DNA of 64,000 nucleotides. Origin: Waterburya sp. (lineage in GTDB: Bacteria; Cyanobacteriota; Cyanobacteriia; Cyanobacteriales; Xenococcaceae). This document shows, one piece after another, positions 40,251 through 50,237 of this stretch. Both the position numbers and the translations under genes were made by a program. The stretch is from assembly GCA_965217895.1 (NCBI GenBank), contig CBDCJV010000002.1, forward strand, positions 3,104,001-3,168,000, given 5' to 3'. Each line of letters starts with the position of its first letter. Position 1 is the stretch's first letter. The notes beneath the pieces are model-generated. The model had not been told where the DNA came from and searched no databases. It worked only from the letters and a program-made list of their open reading frames with translations.

Positions 40251-41447
40251 TCAGGCGATACTACCTCGCTTACGAGCTTCTTTATAAGATGTTCCCACGT
40301 TGCGTAAGCCTGCTTTAATTAACTGTTGTTCTAAAAGTCCAAAAAAGCGAGCGCGATCGCCTCCTCGAACTACAGCTTGATTATGTGCCTCTGCTAGGGC
40401 AACGGGATAACCATAGCCTTTATGTACCTGAGCCAGTACAATACCTAAAGAGCGATCAAATAAATCTTTGTCTTCAGCTACCCAAGCAGGGACTTCAATC
40501 CGAGCTATTTCTGCCCCTACGTTGATATAGCAAAAATAAACCCGTTGAGCATCTTCATAAAGATCGAGAATACGTAAGTTACTGCGGTATAAAGGACTTC
40601 TTTGCCCTGGTAGTAGCTGACTACTCCAAAAAGTTGAATCACGCAAAGAGTCAATTTTCTGACAGGGATAGTTATTAACTAAATCACCACAGTTAACCAC
40701 ACAGTTAGGGTGTTCATGCTCACAGGTTTGCAAACGCAAAAAGTTTAGTCCTTCTGTACTGCGGGAGGCACTTACATAACCAACCATGGGAATTTTAGTG
40801 GCTCTTAGTCGTTCACAAGCAGCCAAAATTGGCGGTAATATTTTATCCCGCGCTTCAACAGGCAAACCATCTAAAAACCAGTAGATTAACGATCCATCGA
40901 CCAAAGCCAGATTGGGAGTATCATAATGTTCTCCTGGGGGAAGTACCCAGTTACAGGCTATATCCGCCAAAATCTCTGCCTCGGAAACTGTACGTCGATA
41001 ACCCATCCATTCTTCTAGACGAATACCCCATTGTCTAGAAACATATAAATCTTCAGTCTTATAAAATACTTCTGGTACGCTATCTAATAAAGGATGTAGA
41101 CTCTGCCCGTAGTGGATCATAATCTGACCAATATTAATTAAGTAGCAATAGGCAATTTCGTGGTGGGAAGGGGAAATTTGCGAACCGTCTGTGGCAAAAA
41201 CGCTATGGCTATAGGGAGCTATGGGAATATCAAAACACCGATCTAAAGGTTCGACGGGTGTGGCAGCAGCAAATAAAAGGCGATCGCCAAAATCAGCTTG
41301 AGCTTCAATTAATTTTGCTTGGGTACTAGCTGCTTGCTGCTGTAACTTTTTAGCCAGTTCTAGACGTTCGCCAGAGGCGATCGCCTCTTTGTGCATATGT
41401 TGACTAATACCTGGAATCTGTCCCGCTATTTTCGATAGATCTAGCAT
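40251..41447 (-). CDS. nurA: NurA-family nuclease
   Basis: ATDGSQ, LVDGSL and GYGYPVALAEAHNQAVV motifs. Confidence 0.85.
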   Translation of the reverse strand: MLDLSKIAGQIPGISQHMHKEAIASGERLELAKKLQQQAASTQAKLIEAQADFGDRLLFAAATPVEPLDRCFDIPIAPYSHSVFATDGSQISPSHHEIAYCYLINIGQIMIHYGQSLHPLLDSVPEVFYKTEDLYVSRQWGIRLEEWMGYRRTVSEAEILADIACNWVLPPGEHYDTPNLALVDGSLIYWFLDGLPVEARDKILPPILAACERLRATKIPMVGYVSASRSTEGLNFLRLQTCEHEHPNCVVNCGDLVNNYPCQKIDSLRDSTFWSSQLLPGQRSPLYRSNLRILDLYEDAQRVYFCYINVGAEIARIEVPAWVAEDKDLFDRSLGIVLAQVHKGYGYPVALAEAHNQAVVRGGDRARFFGLLEQQLIKAGLRNVGTSYKEARKRGSIA

Positions 41448-41468
41448 TGTAAGATGATGACTTATTAG

Positions 41469-42122
41469 TTAATGTACTACATTCAACCAGTTTTCTACCT
41501 CTTGCCAACCTAAACCCTGACGTATTACTTCTGGTTCATCGGTGGCAAAATTGAGGATAGTTGAGACATTAAAACCTGGGTCAATACCATTGTCGATAAT
41601 TATATCTACCTGATTTTCTAGAGCATCAAAAAGATAAGCTTTTTCCACGTCCATAGTCGGGTATTCGCCATCTTCATCTCTGATATGTGCCGATGTCGAG
41701 ATCAGGGGATTACCTAGGCTTTCCAGTAATGCTTGACATAAGACATTATCTGGGACTCTAATACCAGTTGTCTTGCGTTTAGGACTCATTACTAGCTTTG
41801 GCACTTGTTTACTAGCAGGAAGTAAAAACGTATATGGTCCAGGAATTAGATGTTTCATAATCCGATAGGCGCGATCGCTTACCGTAGCGTATTGAGATAT
41901 ATTAGATAGGGAAGAACATAAAAAAGTCAGAGGTTTATCGTTAGACATCTGCTTAATTCTTCTCACTTTTTCGACTGCCGATTTGACGCTGAGATCGCAG
42001 CCAATAGCATAAACCGTATCGGTAGGATATAACATCACCGCCCCTTTTTTTAGTTCGGCGACAATCTGCTCGACAGTTCTTGGTTGGGGATTATGGGGAT
42101 GTAGCTCGTGTAAAATAGCCAT
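41469..42122 (-). CDS. Sua5/YciO/YrdC family protein (threonylcarbamoyl-AMP synthase-like)
   Basis: YPTDTVYAIGC, PGPYTF, GIRVP and STSA. Confidence 0.9.
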   Translation of the reverse strand: MAILHELHPHNPQPRTVEQIVAELKKGAVMLYPTDTVYAIGCDLSVKSAVEKVRRIKQMSNDKPLTFLCSSLSNISQYATVSDRAYRIMKHLIPGPYTFLLPASKQVPKLVMSPKRKTTGIRVPDNVLCQALLESLGNPLISTSAHIRDEDGEYPTMDVEKAYLFDALENQVDIIIDNGIDPGFNVSTILNFATDEPEVIRQGLGWQEVENWLNVVH

Positions 42123-42217
42123 AAAGATTAGCAAATAGTAGTGAATATTTTTTCCTTACCAATCTATACAAAGGCTAAGATCATTTCAAGATTGAGCAAG
42201 TATACTGATGGTGTTTT

Positions 42218-43465
42218 ATGGGCAAGATTGGTTATTTAGAATGTCCGACGGGAATTGCTGGGGATATGTGTTTGGGAGCATTGGTAGATTGTGGTTTACC
42301 CTGGCAACATTTGGTTAGTGGTCTTAAAAGTTTGGGGATAGAACAAGAATATCAACTAAGAACTGAAAAAGTTATTCGCAATGGACAATCAGCAACTAAA
42401 GTTTATGTTGATTTGCAACCAGAACATCGGTCTACTGATAAAGATGATCACCATCATCATTATGCTGCCAGACATTTACCAGAAATTAAAAAATTAATTA
42501 GCTCTGCCACTTTACCAGATAGAGTCAAGCAATGGAGTCTAGATATTTTTCAGCATTTAGCGATCGCCGAAGGTGCAGTTCACGGTATTCCCCCCGAAAA
42601 AGTCCATTTTCATGAGGTAGGTGCAACGGATGCCATCGTCGATATTGTCGGCACCTGCATTGGTTTAGACTGGCTAGGTATTGAGCAGCTATATTGTTCG
42701 CCTATGCCCACTGGAGGCGGTACGATTAAGGCTGCCCACGGAATATTGTCTGTTCCCGTGCCTGCGGTGGTCAAGCTGTGGTCAACAAGGGAAGTGCCAG
42801 TCTATAGTAATGGTATCAAAAAAGAACTAGTTACACCAACTGGTGCAGCGATCGCCATTACTCTGGCTACCGATTTTGGTGAACCCCCTGCCATGAAACT
42901 AGCTAAAATTGGACTAGGTGCAGGTTCGCGAGATTTAGAGATTCCTAATATTCTTCGCTTGTGGATCGGGCAAAGCCTCGAATCAGCAGCACAGCCACAG
43001 ATAAAACTAAAGCAAGAAACCGTTACGGTACTCGAAACCCAAATCGACGATCTCAATCCTCAAGTGGTGGCATACACCCTTGAACGGTTAATGGCTGCTG
43101 GTGCATTAGATGTATTTACCCAAAGCATCATCATGAAAAAATCGCGATCGGCTATTTTGCTGACGGTTATCTGTCATCCTGAATTAATGAATACTTGCAA
43201 AGCGATAATCTTCCGCGAAACAACTACTTTAGGTATTAGAGAACGCTCTCAACAAAGGAGTATTCTTAATCGAGAAATAAAGTCCGTAGAAACTGAATAC
43301 GGTGCGGTAAGAGTCAAAATTGCTAGCTGGACTCAAGGGGATCGAAAGCAAATTATTAATGTACAGCCAGAGTATGAAGACTGTGCAATTCTGGCACGTA
43401 AACATGATGTGCCTTGGAGAGAAATATCACGAAAAGCTATAGAGGCTTGGAATAAAAGTAAGTAA
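42218..43465 (+). CDS. larC: Nickel pincer cofactor biosynthesis protein LarC
   Basis: GIAGDMCLGAL, His-rich stretch, VHFHEVGATDAIVD, ETQIDD and PEYED. Confidence 0.9.
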   Translation: MGKIGYLECPTGIAGDMCLGALVDCGLPWQHLVSGLKSLGIEQEYQLRTEKVIRNGQSATKVYVDLQPEHRSTDKDDHHHHYAARHLPEIKKLISSATLPDRVKQWSLDIFQHLAIAEGAVHGIPPEKVHFHEVGATDAIVDIVGTCIGLDWLGIEQLYCSPMPTGGGTIKAAHGILSVPVPAVVKLWSTREVPVYSNGIKKELVTPTGAAIAITLATDFGEPPAMKLAKIGLGAGSRDLEIPNILRLWIGQSLESAAQPQIKLKQETVTVLETQIDDLNPQVVAYTLERLMAAGALDVFTQSIIMKKSRSAILLTVICHPELMNTCKAIIFRETTTLGIRERSQQRSILNREIKSVETEYGAVRVKIASWTQGDRKQIINVQPEYEDCAILARKHDVPWREISRKAIEAWNKSK

Positions 43466-43520
43466 TAGTCTACTCGTGAAAAAATTATAATTTTAGGAAA
43501 TGCTTTTCGATATTATAAAA

Positions 43521-43555
43521 AGATGTAGAAACTTAAAAATTGCGTTTCTACATCT
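43521..43555. terminator. 12-bp perfect inverted repeat between convergent larC and ndhJ (terminator/REP-like)
   Basis: AGATGTAGAAAC-11 nt-GTTTCTACATCT. Confidence 0.6.
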
Positions 43556-43622
43556 AATGATTTGAATCTAAAATATGGCAATTAATAGCTACTGTCTCAA
43601 TAGCTATCACCTGTTTATCAAA

Positions 43623-44162
43623 TTAATAAGCATCCTGTAACTCATAAAATTCAGGGGATACATAGTCTTTTCTCAAAGGCCAACCAATCCAATCTTCGTT
43701 CATCAAAATACGCTTGAGATTAGGATGACCTTCGTAGACAATACCAAACATATCGTAGCTTTCCCGCTCTTGCCAGTCTGCTGCCTTCCAAATCCAGTAA
43801 ACTGAAGGAACTTGAGGATTATCTCTCGGCAAAAAGACTTTTAGACGAACTTCTTGTGGTTGTTCTACATCATCGTCAACTTTAATTAGATGATAAAAGC
43901 TAACTAGTTCTTTGCCTGGCCCTAGGTCGTAAGCCCCTTGACACTGAAGGTAATTATAACCATAAGCATATAAAGCAGTGGCAATAGGCAATAATAAATC
44001 TGCATCTACCTTAATCATCTCAATGTTAGAGACATCAGGATTTAAAGCCTCGTTATCAAAACCATTTTCGCTTAGCCAGCTAGAAGTCTGACCAGCAGCA
44101 ACTATTTCTGAGGCTGCTACGTCTTCATCAGGATTTTGATTCTCTTTATTTTCCTCAGCCAC
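43623..44162 (-). CDS. ndhJ: NDH-1 subunit J
   Basis: [23 protein letters not shown] and GWPLRKDY. Confidence 0.95.
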   Translation of the reverse strand: MAEENKENQNPDEDVAASEIVAAGQTSSWLSENGFDNEALNPDVSNIEMIKVDADLLLPIATALYAYGYNYLQCQGAYDLGPGKELVSFYHLIKVDDDVEQPQEVRLKVFLPRDNPQVPSVYWIWKAADWQERESYDMFGIVYEGHPNLKRILMNEDWIGWPLRKDYVSPEFYELQDAY

Positions 44163-44889
44163 GTTCTACCTCCTCTGTTTCTGCTGACTCTATTGCAGGT
44201 AAAGGCATTCCCATTGCTTCGGCGAGCTTCCTTGGTGGTGCTTGACGAGTTTGAGACTGCACGTATTTACCAGTTAAAATTGGCTCTACAGCCTTCATAT
44301 TGTGTGCAGTGCTGTAGTAGCGGTGGGTCTGCTCTAAAACCTCGGCTCGCTCCTGTAAAGATTGATTAGAGATCTTCTTGCGTAGCTTAATGATGGCATC
44401 AAAAATAGCCTCTGGACGAGGAGGACAGCCAGGAATATATACATCCACGGGAATTAATTTGTCTACTCCTCTGACTGCGGTAGTAGAGTCTGTGCTAAAC
44501 ATTCCTCCTGTGATAGTACAAGCACCCATAGCAATTACGTACTTGGGTTCAGGCATTCCCTCATAAAGACGGACTAAAGCTGGTGCCATTTTCATAGTGA
44601 TTGTGCCTGCGGTAATAATCAAATCCGATTGGCGAGGACTTGAACGAGGTACTAAACCATAGCGGTCAAAGTCAAATCTAGAGCCAATTAAAGCTGCAAA
44701 TTCAATAAAGCAACAGGCTGTACCATATAGCATGGGCCATAGGCTAGAGAGTTTTGCCCAATTATAAAGATCATCTACCGTAGTTAAGATGACGTTTTCT
44801 GATAAATCCTGAGTGACCTCGGTCGGATTAATTGGATTAAGAATTTTTTCTGCTTGCTGTTGTTCAAATGTTTGGGAATTCATGACCAT
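44155..44889 (-). CDS. ndhK: NDH-1 subunit K
   Basis: [13 protein letters not shown] and PGCPPRPE Fe-S ligands. Confidence 0.95.
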   Translation of the reverse strand: MVMNSQTFEQQQAEKILNPINPTEVTQDLSENVILTTVDDLYNWAKLSSLWPMLYGTACCFIEFAALIGSRFDFDRYGLVPRSSPRQSDLIITAGTITMKMAPALVRLYEGMPEPKYVIAMGACTITGGMFSTDSTTAVRGVDKLIPVDVYIPGCPPRPEAIFDAIIKLRKKISNQSLQERAEVLEQTHRYYSTAHNMKAVEPILTGKYVQSQTRQAPPRKLAEAMGMPLPAIESAETEEVERG

Positions 44890-45242
44890 TCCAAAGCTCC
44901 TTTTCTCCACGCGTATACTAAAGCAACTACCAAGATGGCAATAAATATTAATGCTTCTACAAATGCTAACAATCCTAAACGGCTGAAAGCTACTGCCCAG
45001 GGATATAAAAATACTGTTTCTACATCAAAGACAACGAAAACCAAAGCGAACATATAATAGCGGATATTAAATTGAATCCAGGCTCCCCCAATAGGTTCCA
45101 TTCCCGATTCGTAAGTTGTTTGGCGTTCTGGACCGCCTTCACTGGGTCTTAGTAGTTTAGAAGCAGTTAGAGCTAGGGCTGGAACTGCACTACAGATAAG
45201 TAAGAAACCCAAGAAATATTCATAGCCATTGAGAACAAACAA
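44880..45242 (-). CDS. ndhC: NDH-1 subunit 3
   Basis: [19 protein letters not shown] and WRKGALEWS. Confidence 0.95.
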   Translation of the reverse strand: MFVLNGYEYFLGFLLICSAVPALALTASKLLRPSEGGPERQTTYESGMEPIGGAWIQFNIRYYMFALVFVVFDVETVFLYPWAVAFSRLGLLAFVEALIFIAILVVALVYAWRKGALEWS

Positions 45243-45475
45243 TTTTGATTTATTACTCCCTAGTAAATTGTGTATGTTTTAACCAACGCTCACAGCACCA
45301 AGGCGCACCTCCAAATATGTCTGTCCATTCATGTCGGATGTGGCGGAGTAATCTGTGACTATAACTGGCTAACTTTTATTAATTGTAATAGAATACCCCG
45401 TATTTTGATTTTGAAAAAAGATTAGCAGTAATTTAAAAACGCTAAGATAAACAACAAAAAAGCATTAAGCAACCC

Positions 45476-46906
45476 ATGTCTGATTTAATACTCTTTTGGC
45501 ATCGTCGTGATTTAAGGGTTTCTGATAACCTTGGATTAGCAGCAGCAGCAGAGCAAACTTCAAAAATAGTCGGTTTATTTTGTCTAGACTTTAATATTCT
45601 TGATCGCGATGATATTGCCCCTGCCAGGGTCACATACATGATTGGCTGTTTACAGGAATTAAAGCAAAATTATCAGCAGCTTGGCAGTCAATTAATTATT
45701 GTGCAAGGAAAACCTCAGAAAGCTATTGCTCAAATAGCGATCGCACTTAAGGCAAAGGCAGTATTTTGGAACTTAGATGTCGAACCTTACGCAAAAGAGC
45801 GAGATCGCACTGTAACCGATGCGCTCAAAGAAAAAGGTATCGAGACTAAAAACTTTTGGGATCAGTTATTACACGCTCCAGGAGATGTGCTAACTAAATC
45901 TTCTGGTGAACCCTACAAAGTTTATACTCCTTTCTGGCGTAGCTGGAATCAAGAGGAAAAACAAAAAATAACTAAAGAGATAAAAAAGCTATCGGGTTTA
46001 ACTAAAGCTGAATTAGAAGCAGCCAAGCAGGCTGGCGCGATCGCTTTGCCTTCGGCTCAAGATTTGGGCTACGGGTGGGAAAATCCCTTAATGCTTGAGC
46101 CAGGAGAAACCGCAGCGATAGAGAAGCTAGAAGAATTTTGCGATCGCGCTATCTACTGTTATGAAGAAGAGCGTAATTTTCCTTATGTGGATGGTACATC
46201 CAACCTCAGTGCCGCCTTAAAATTTGGCGCAGTAAGCATTCGCACCGTATGGCAAGCAACTTTAGATATTTTAGCTAACTGTCGCAGCGAAGAAGCCAAA
46301 AACGGCGTGATTACCTGGCAAAAAGAACTAGCCTGGCGAGAATTTTATCAGCACTGTATGTTTTTCTTTCCTGAATTAGCCAAAGGTTCATATCGCGATG
46401 AATTTAAAGACTTTCCTTGGGAAAACGACGAAACTAAGTTTCAGGCATGGTGTGAGGGAAAAACGGGTTATCCTATCGTCGATGCAGCGATGCGACAGCT
46501 AAATGAAACTGGCTGGATGCACAATCGTTGTCGGATGATTGTTGCCAGCTTTCTAACTAAAGATCTAATCATTGACTGGCGTTGGGGCGAAAAATATTTT
46601 ATGCAGAAGCTATTCGATGGTGATTTATCATCTAACAATGGTGGTTGGCAGTGGAGTGCCTCTAGCGGGATGGATCCTAAACCTTTACGCATCTTTAATC
46701 CTGCTTCTCAAGCAGCTAAATTTGACCAAGATGGAGAATACATCCGTCAATGGCTGCCCGAGATAAGCTCAATGGAAACAGAGTATCTGGTAACGGGTAA
46801 AATACCTGAGTTAGAAAGAGCCAGTTACGATTATCCTCAACCCATTGTCGATCATAAAGTTCAGCAACGGCAGTTCAAGGCACTGTATAAACAGCAAAAA
46901 GGCTAA
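45476..46906 (+). CDS. phrA: Class I CPD DNA photolyase
   Basis: WHRRDLRVSDN, WREFY, TGYPIVDAAMRQL, WMHNRCRM and NNGGWQW. Confidence 0.9.
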   Translation: MSDLILFWHRRDLRVSDNLGLAAAAEQTSKIVGLFCLDFNILDRDDIAPARVTYMIGCLQELKQNYQQLGSQLIIVQGKPQKAIAQIAIALKAKAVFWNLDVEPYAKERDRTVTDALKEKGIETKNFWDQLLHAPGDVLTKSSGEPYKVYTPFWRSWNQEEKQKITKEIKKLSGLTKAELEAAKQAGAIALPSAQDLGYGWENPLMLEPGETAAIEKLEEFCDRAIYCYEEERNFPYVDGTSNLSAALKFGAVSIRTVWQATLDILANCRSEEAKNGVITWQKELAWREFYQHCMFFFPELAKGSYRDEFKDFPWENDETKFQAWCEGKTGYPIVDAAMRQLNETGWMHNRCRMIVASFLTKDLIIDWRWGEKYFMQKLFDGDLSSNNGGWQWSASSGMDPKPLRIFNPASQAAKFDQDGEYIRQWLPEISSMETEYLVTGKIPELERASYDYPQPIVDHKVQQRQFKALYKQQKG

Positions 46907-46967
46907 ATATTTAAATATAAACTGCATCTATAGCTTGACGTATAGACCTGTTTGACATTTTGTAAAT

Positions 46968-47088
46968 AATACCAATTCTCAAATTCAAAAATGCCTTATC
47001 TTTGTTGCTACTATCGATGTTATGGTAGTAGCGCGCTTACCATAGCTAGCGCGCTATTACGCAATGTGTATACGAACGCAACGGTATT
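46968..47088. repeat. MITE/REP-like element with central palindrome
   Basis: AATACC...GGTATT ends; GTAGTAGCGCGCT / AGCGCGCTATTAC arms at 47025-47060. Confidence 0.5.
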
Positions 47089-47105
47089 TCCTTCGTCGCC
47101 TCGAT

Positions 47106-47471
<366 letters not shown>

Positions 47472-47583
47472 TTATATAGAAACTCAGGAAAACGGCAGCA
47501 CCGCGCGCGGTCGCGCTGATATTATAGCTGCCACCTTGGTCGCTGGGTCAGGGGCGCACTGGCAGACCTCGACCCGTCTGGAC

Positions 47584-48699
47584 TCAGCTACCCATAAGCG
47601 CCTGAGCAAGCCCGATGAATAGCGGTATTCCTAAGGCGATCGCAACTGGCGTACCGACGGCTGTGGACGAGCCGATGTAGGCAGAGGGATTGGCCGACGG
47701 GATACCAGCCCGTAAAGTGGGCGGTCCTGAGATGTCTGAACTGGAGGCGGCGATGACTGCCAGAAGCACGACGCCGCCAGGGCTGAATCCCGTGGTGATG
47801 TGGGCAATCCAGCCGAGGCCGAAGGCGATGAACCCATGCAGCAGCGGTGCCACCGCGGCATATACGACGTACCATTGAGCCACCTTGCGCAGCTCGCCAA
47901 TCCTTGCAGCAGCTTCCATACCCATTATCAGCATCAGTACCGAAAGTAAGCCCGCAAAGAGGGGAGAGTAAAAGCTTTCATAGACACTTTCTGGCTTGGT
48001 TATCAAACCCAAGGCAAGACCGAGCAGCAGTGCCGATAGGGCAGAACCCTGGAGGCTTTCCTCGACGATGGGCCAGATCTTGACTCGCTTGCTTGCACTA
48101 CCGCGCTGCTTGCTGGGATGTCTGTTTGCAGTAACGCCCTGCTCGCTAGGATACCCGCCCGCGCCTACGGTAACGCGCTGCTCGCTGAGAGACTCTTGCT
48201 TGCGGAGAGGCTTCTGCTTACCAGTATAAATGCTGGCCAAGACGATCGCAGTCACGAGGGCTGGGATGTCCATGAAGGGATAGAGTGCGGCGGCCCAAGG
48301 CTCGTATGCCATGCCTTGAGTATCCATTAGCTCCAGGGCAGCCGCGAGGGTAGAGCCACTCACTGCGCCGAATAAGCCTGCGGTCGCAATGCCATCCTCG
48401 GTTTTGACGTTCGGCAGCTTGCACAACGTATAGCGTCCGATGAACACGATCGCAATCCCTATTATTACGGCGAACAACGCGGGCAACAGTATTTGCGCCA
48501 GATCGGCGTCGCGGATCGCCTGACCACCAGTCAGGCCGACTTTCATGAGCAGCATGAAGACGATGAACTTATAGACTGGCTCTGGAATTGATAGTCGGCT
48601 ACCGACGGATGCAACGACCATACCACCAATCAGGAAACCGAGTGTCGGAGACTGTAACTGCCCCAGAAAAGTTGTAAAAAAATCGGATAAAAAATCCAC
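47584..48699 (-). CDS. sbtA: Na+-dependent bicarbonate transporter SbtA
   Basis: QLQSPTLGFLIGG, FGAVSGST, YPFMDIPA and ASSSDISGPP. Confidence 0.93.
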   Translation of the reverse strand: MDFLSDFFTTFLGQLQSPTLGFLIGGMVVASVGSRLSIPEPVYKFIVFMLLMKVGLTGGQAIRDADLAQILLPALFAVIIGIAIVFIGRYTLCKLPNVKTEDGIATAGLFGAVSGSTLAAALELMDTQGMAYEPWAAALYPFMDIPALVTAIVLASIYTGKQKPLRKQESLSEQRVTVGAGGYPSEQGVTANRHPSKQRGSASKRVKIWPIVEESLQGSALSALLLGLALGLITKPESVYESFYSPLFAGLLSVLMLIMGMEAAARIGELRKVAQWYVVYAAVAPLLHGFIAFGLGWIAHITTGFSPGGVVLLAVIAASSSDISGPPTLRAGIPSANPSAYIGSSTAVGTPVAIALGIPLFIGLAQALMGS

Positions 48700-48907
48700 G
48701 TTGTAAATTCCTCCTTAATTAAATCTTAGGGGTTAGGAGCTAACAAAATAGAGTTATATCAATTACTATTTTATTTCTCATTGATTCAACTCTATCATCG
48801 TTAGGTGTGTAAAAGCTGACCAAACTCCAAGAATTTTAGACGTATTATTTTATGCTATTGATAATTTAGGTTTATGATTTAAGCCTGAGTAATATTGATG
48901 AAAGATT

Positions 48908-48922
48908 AATAGTCAATCTATT
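48908..48922. promoter_or_regulatory. Candidate regulator-binding palindrome upstream of sbtA
   Basis: AATAG-TCAAT-CTATT about 210 bp upstream of the sbtA start. Confidence 0.35.
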
Positions 48923-49000
48923 GGGACGCGCTATATAGCGCAGACTACACGATAGCCACTAGAATACCTACTCCCATGCCCCAACTGAACGCCCAAATAT

Positions 49001-49071
49001 GCGAAGGGCAGGCTCTAGAGTAAACCGTAGGTGGCGATCGCGATCGCCAATATGGACAGCCTACCCTTCGC
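49001..49071. repeat. Palindromic element with 14-bp terminal IR and double-HIP1 core
   Basis: GCGAAGGGCAGGCT / AGCCTACCCTTCGC; internal TGGCGATCGCGATCGCCA. Confidence 0.65.
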
Positions 49072-49140
49072 CTGGGGATGGTTTCGCCTTTGTCTTATTT
49101 ACGATAGTGTCCTTGTATTTTTAAAGCAGATAGATTCTTC

Positions 49141-50037
49141 CTACTTATGAGTAGATAATGCCTCTTGAATAACTGCTGGAATTTCACTGGGTTTTGTAGC
49201 TATTTTGACACCAACTTTTTTGAGCTTGCCAATCTTTAGGCGATCGCGATTGACAGCAGGAATAGAGCTAGATAAATGATTGCTAATAATTGTCACTGCA
49301 TCACGAAACACCTTTTCTTGAGGTGCTTTTAATCCTGCAACGTAAACAATAATTGGTTTATCGTCACCATTATTTTTACAGTAGGTAGTAATTTCTTCGG
49401 CTTGATTAATACTTTGACAAATAGAAACGATCGCTTTGGTGTTTGAATTTGACTGCAAAATTGATAACCATTGAAGCAGACTAGAGCCAATAATTCGATC
49501 CTCACCTAAACTGACAACTATGGACTGTCCCATATTTGCCTGATTTAATTCTGCTGCCACCTCATAGGAAAGGTGCTGGCTGGTAGTGAGTAATCCTACT
49601 TCTCCAGGGCAATAAAACTGAGGCTGTAACTTACCTAACCAAGCTTGCTGCGGAATTACAACTCCATGACTGCCAGGGCCTAAAACTAGCACGTCCTTAG
49701 CTTTAGCATATTTTAGAAGCTCGATCGTATCTAAAGGAGGAACTTTAGCAGTGAAAATAATGATTTCCTTAATTCCCGCAGCGATCGCTTCTTTTGCTGC
49801 ATCAAGTACTTGAAAGGGATTTACAAAAATTAGGCTAATATCGATTTGCTTAACTTGGTTTAGCACCTGCTCTACCAAATCAAAAACGGGAATATTATCA
49901 ACTTTACTGCCTCCATTACCAGGACTGATTCCCGCTACAATTTCAGTGCCATAGGCTTTCATTTGCACTGCATAAACAGCAGCCTGAGACTCTGTAATTC
50001 CTTGGACAATGACCTTTTTGGGTGAAAACCAGTTCAT
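49141..50037 (-). CDS. sucD: Succinyl-CoA synthetase alpha-like protein (degenerate)
   Basis: KVIVQGIT, YGTEIVAGISPG CoA-binding fold; GHAGA motif absent. Confidence 0.8.
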   Translation of the reverse strand: MNWFSPKKVIVQGITESQAAVYAVQMKAYGTEIVAGISPGNGGSKVDNIPVFDLVEQVLNQVKQIDISLIFVNPFQVLDAAKEAIAAGIKEIIIFTAKVPPLDTIELLKYAKAKDVLVLGPGSHGVVIPQQAWLGKLQPQFYCPGEVGLLTTSQHLSYEVAAELNQANMGQSIVVSLGEDRIIGSSLLQWLSILQSNSNTKAIVSICQSINQAEEITTYCKNNGDDKPIIVYVAGLKAPQEKVFRDAVTIISNHLSSSIPAVNRDRLKIGKLKKVGVKIATKPSEIPAVIQEALSTHK

Positions 50038-50138
50038 AGCAGAAAAACTTTCTATTAAAGAAATTAGAGCGGTTCAAATCAGAATCAAAACTCATCAACG
50101 AAGTATATTCTTCTTTACTTTTAACAAGTTTGACCAAC

Positions 50139-50227
50139 GGTCAGGCAAGCCCCGTATCACAACGCATTCCCTTGCGCCTATCGGCGACGCGGGGTCGTTG
50201 CTCCGTTTTACGGCGGGGACCCTGACC
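50139..50227. other. Structured GC-rich nested hairpin element in the sucC-sucD spacer
   Basis: GGTCAGG/CCTGACC outer stem with nested inverted repeats. Confidence 0.55.
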
Positions 50228-50237
50228 AGCAAAACCT

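Noticed and set aside
40251..41447. NurA as part of a HerA-NurA defence or repair operon
   Set aside because: No HerA or other partner is adjacent; the context is housekeeping
47494..47532. ACCGCGCGCGGT palindrome and GGCAGC/GCTGCC stem in the sbtA-sbtB spacer
   Set aside because: Short GC-only palindromes are expected by chance in this GC-rich segment
48085..48220. Repeat-like hydrophilic loop in SbtA
   Set aside because: SbtA proteins have a variable central loop here, so it is not evidence of a new feature
50139..50227. Cobalamin riboswitch, SRP RNA or hammerhead ribozyme
   Set aside because: Only short words match; the required motif order and cores are absent
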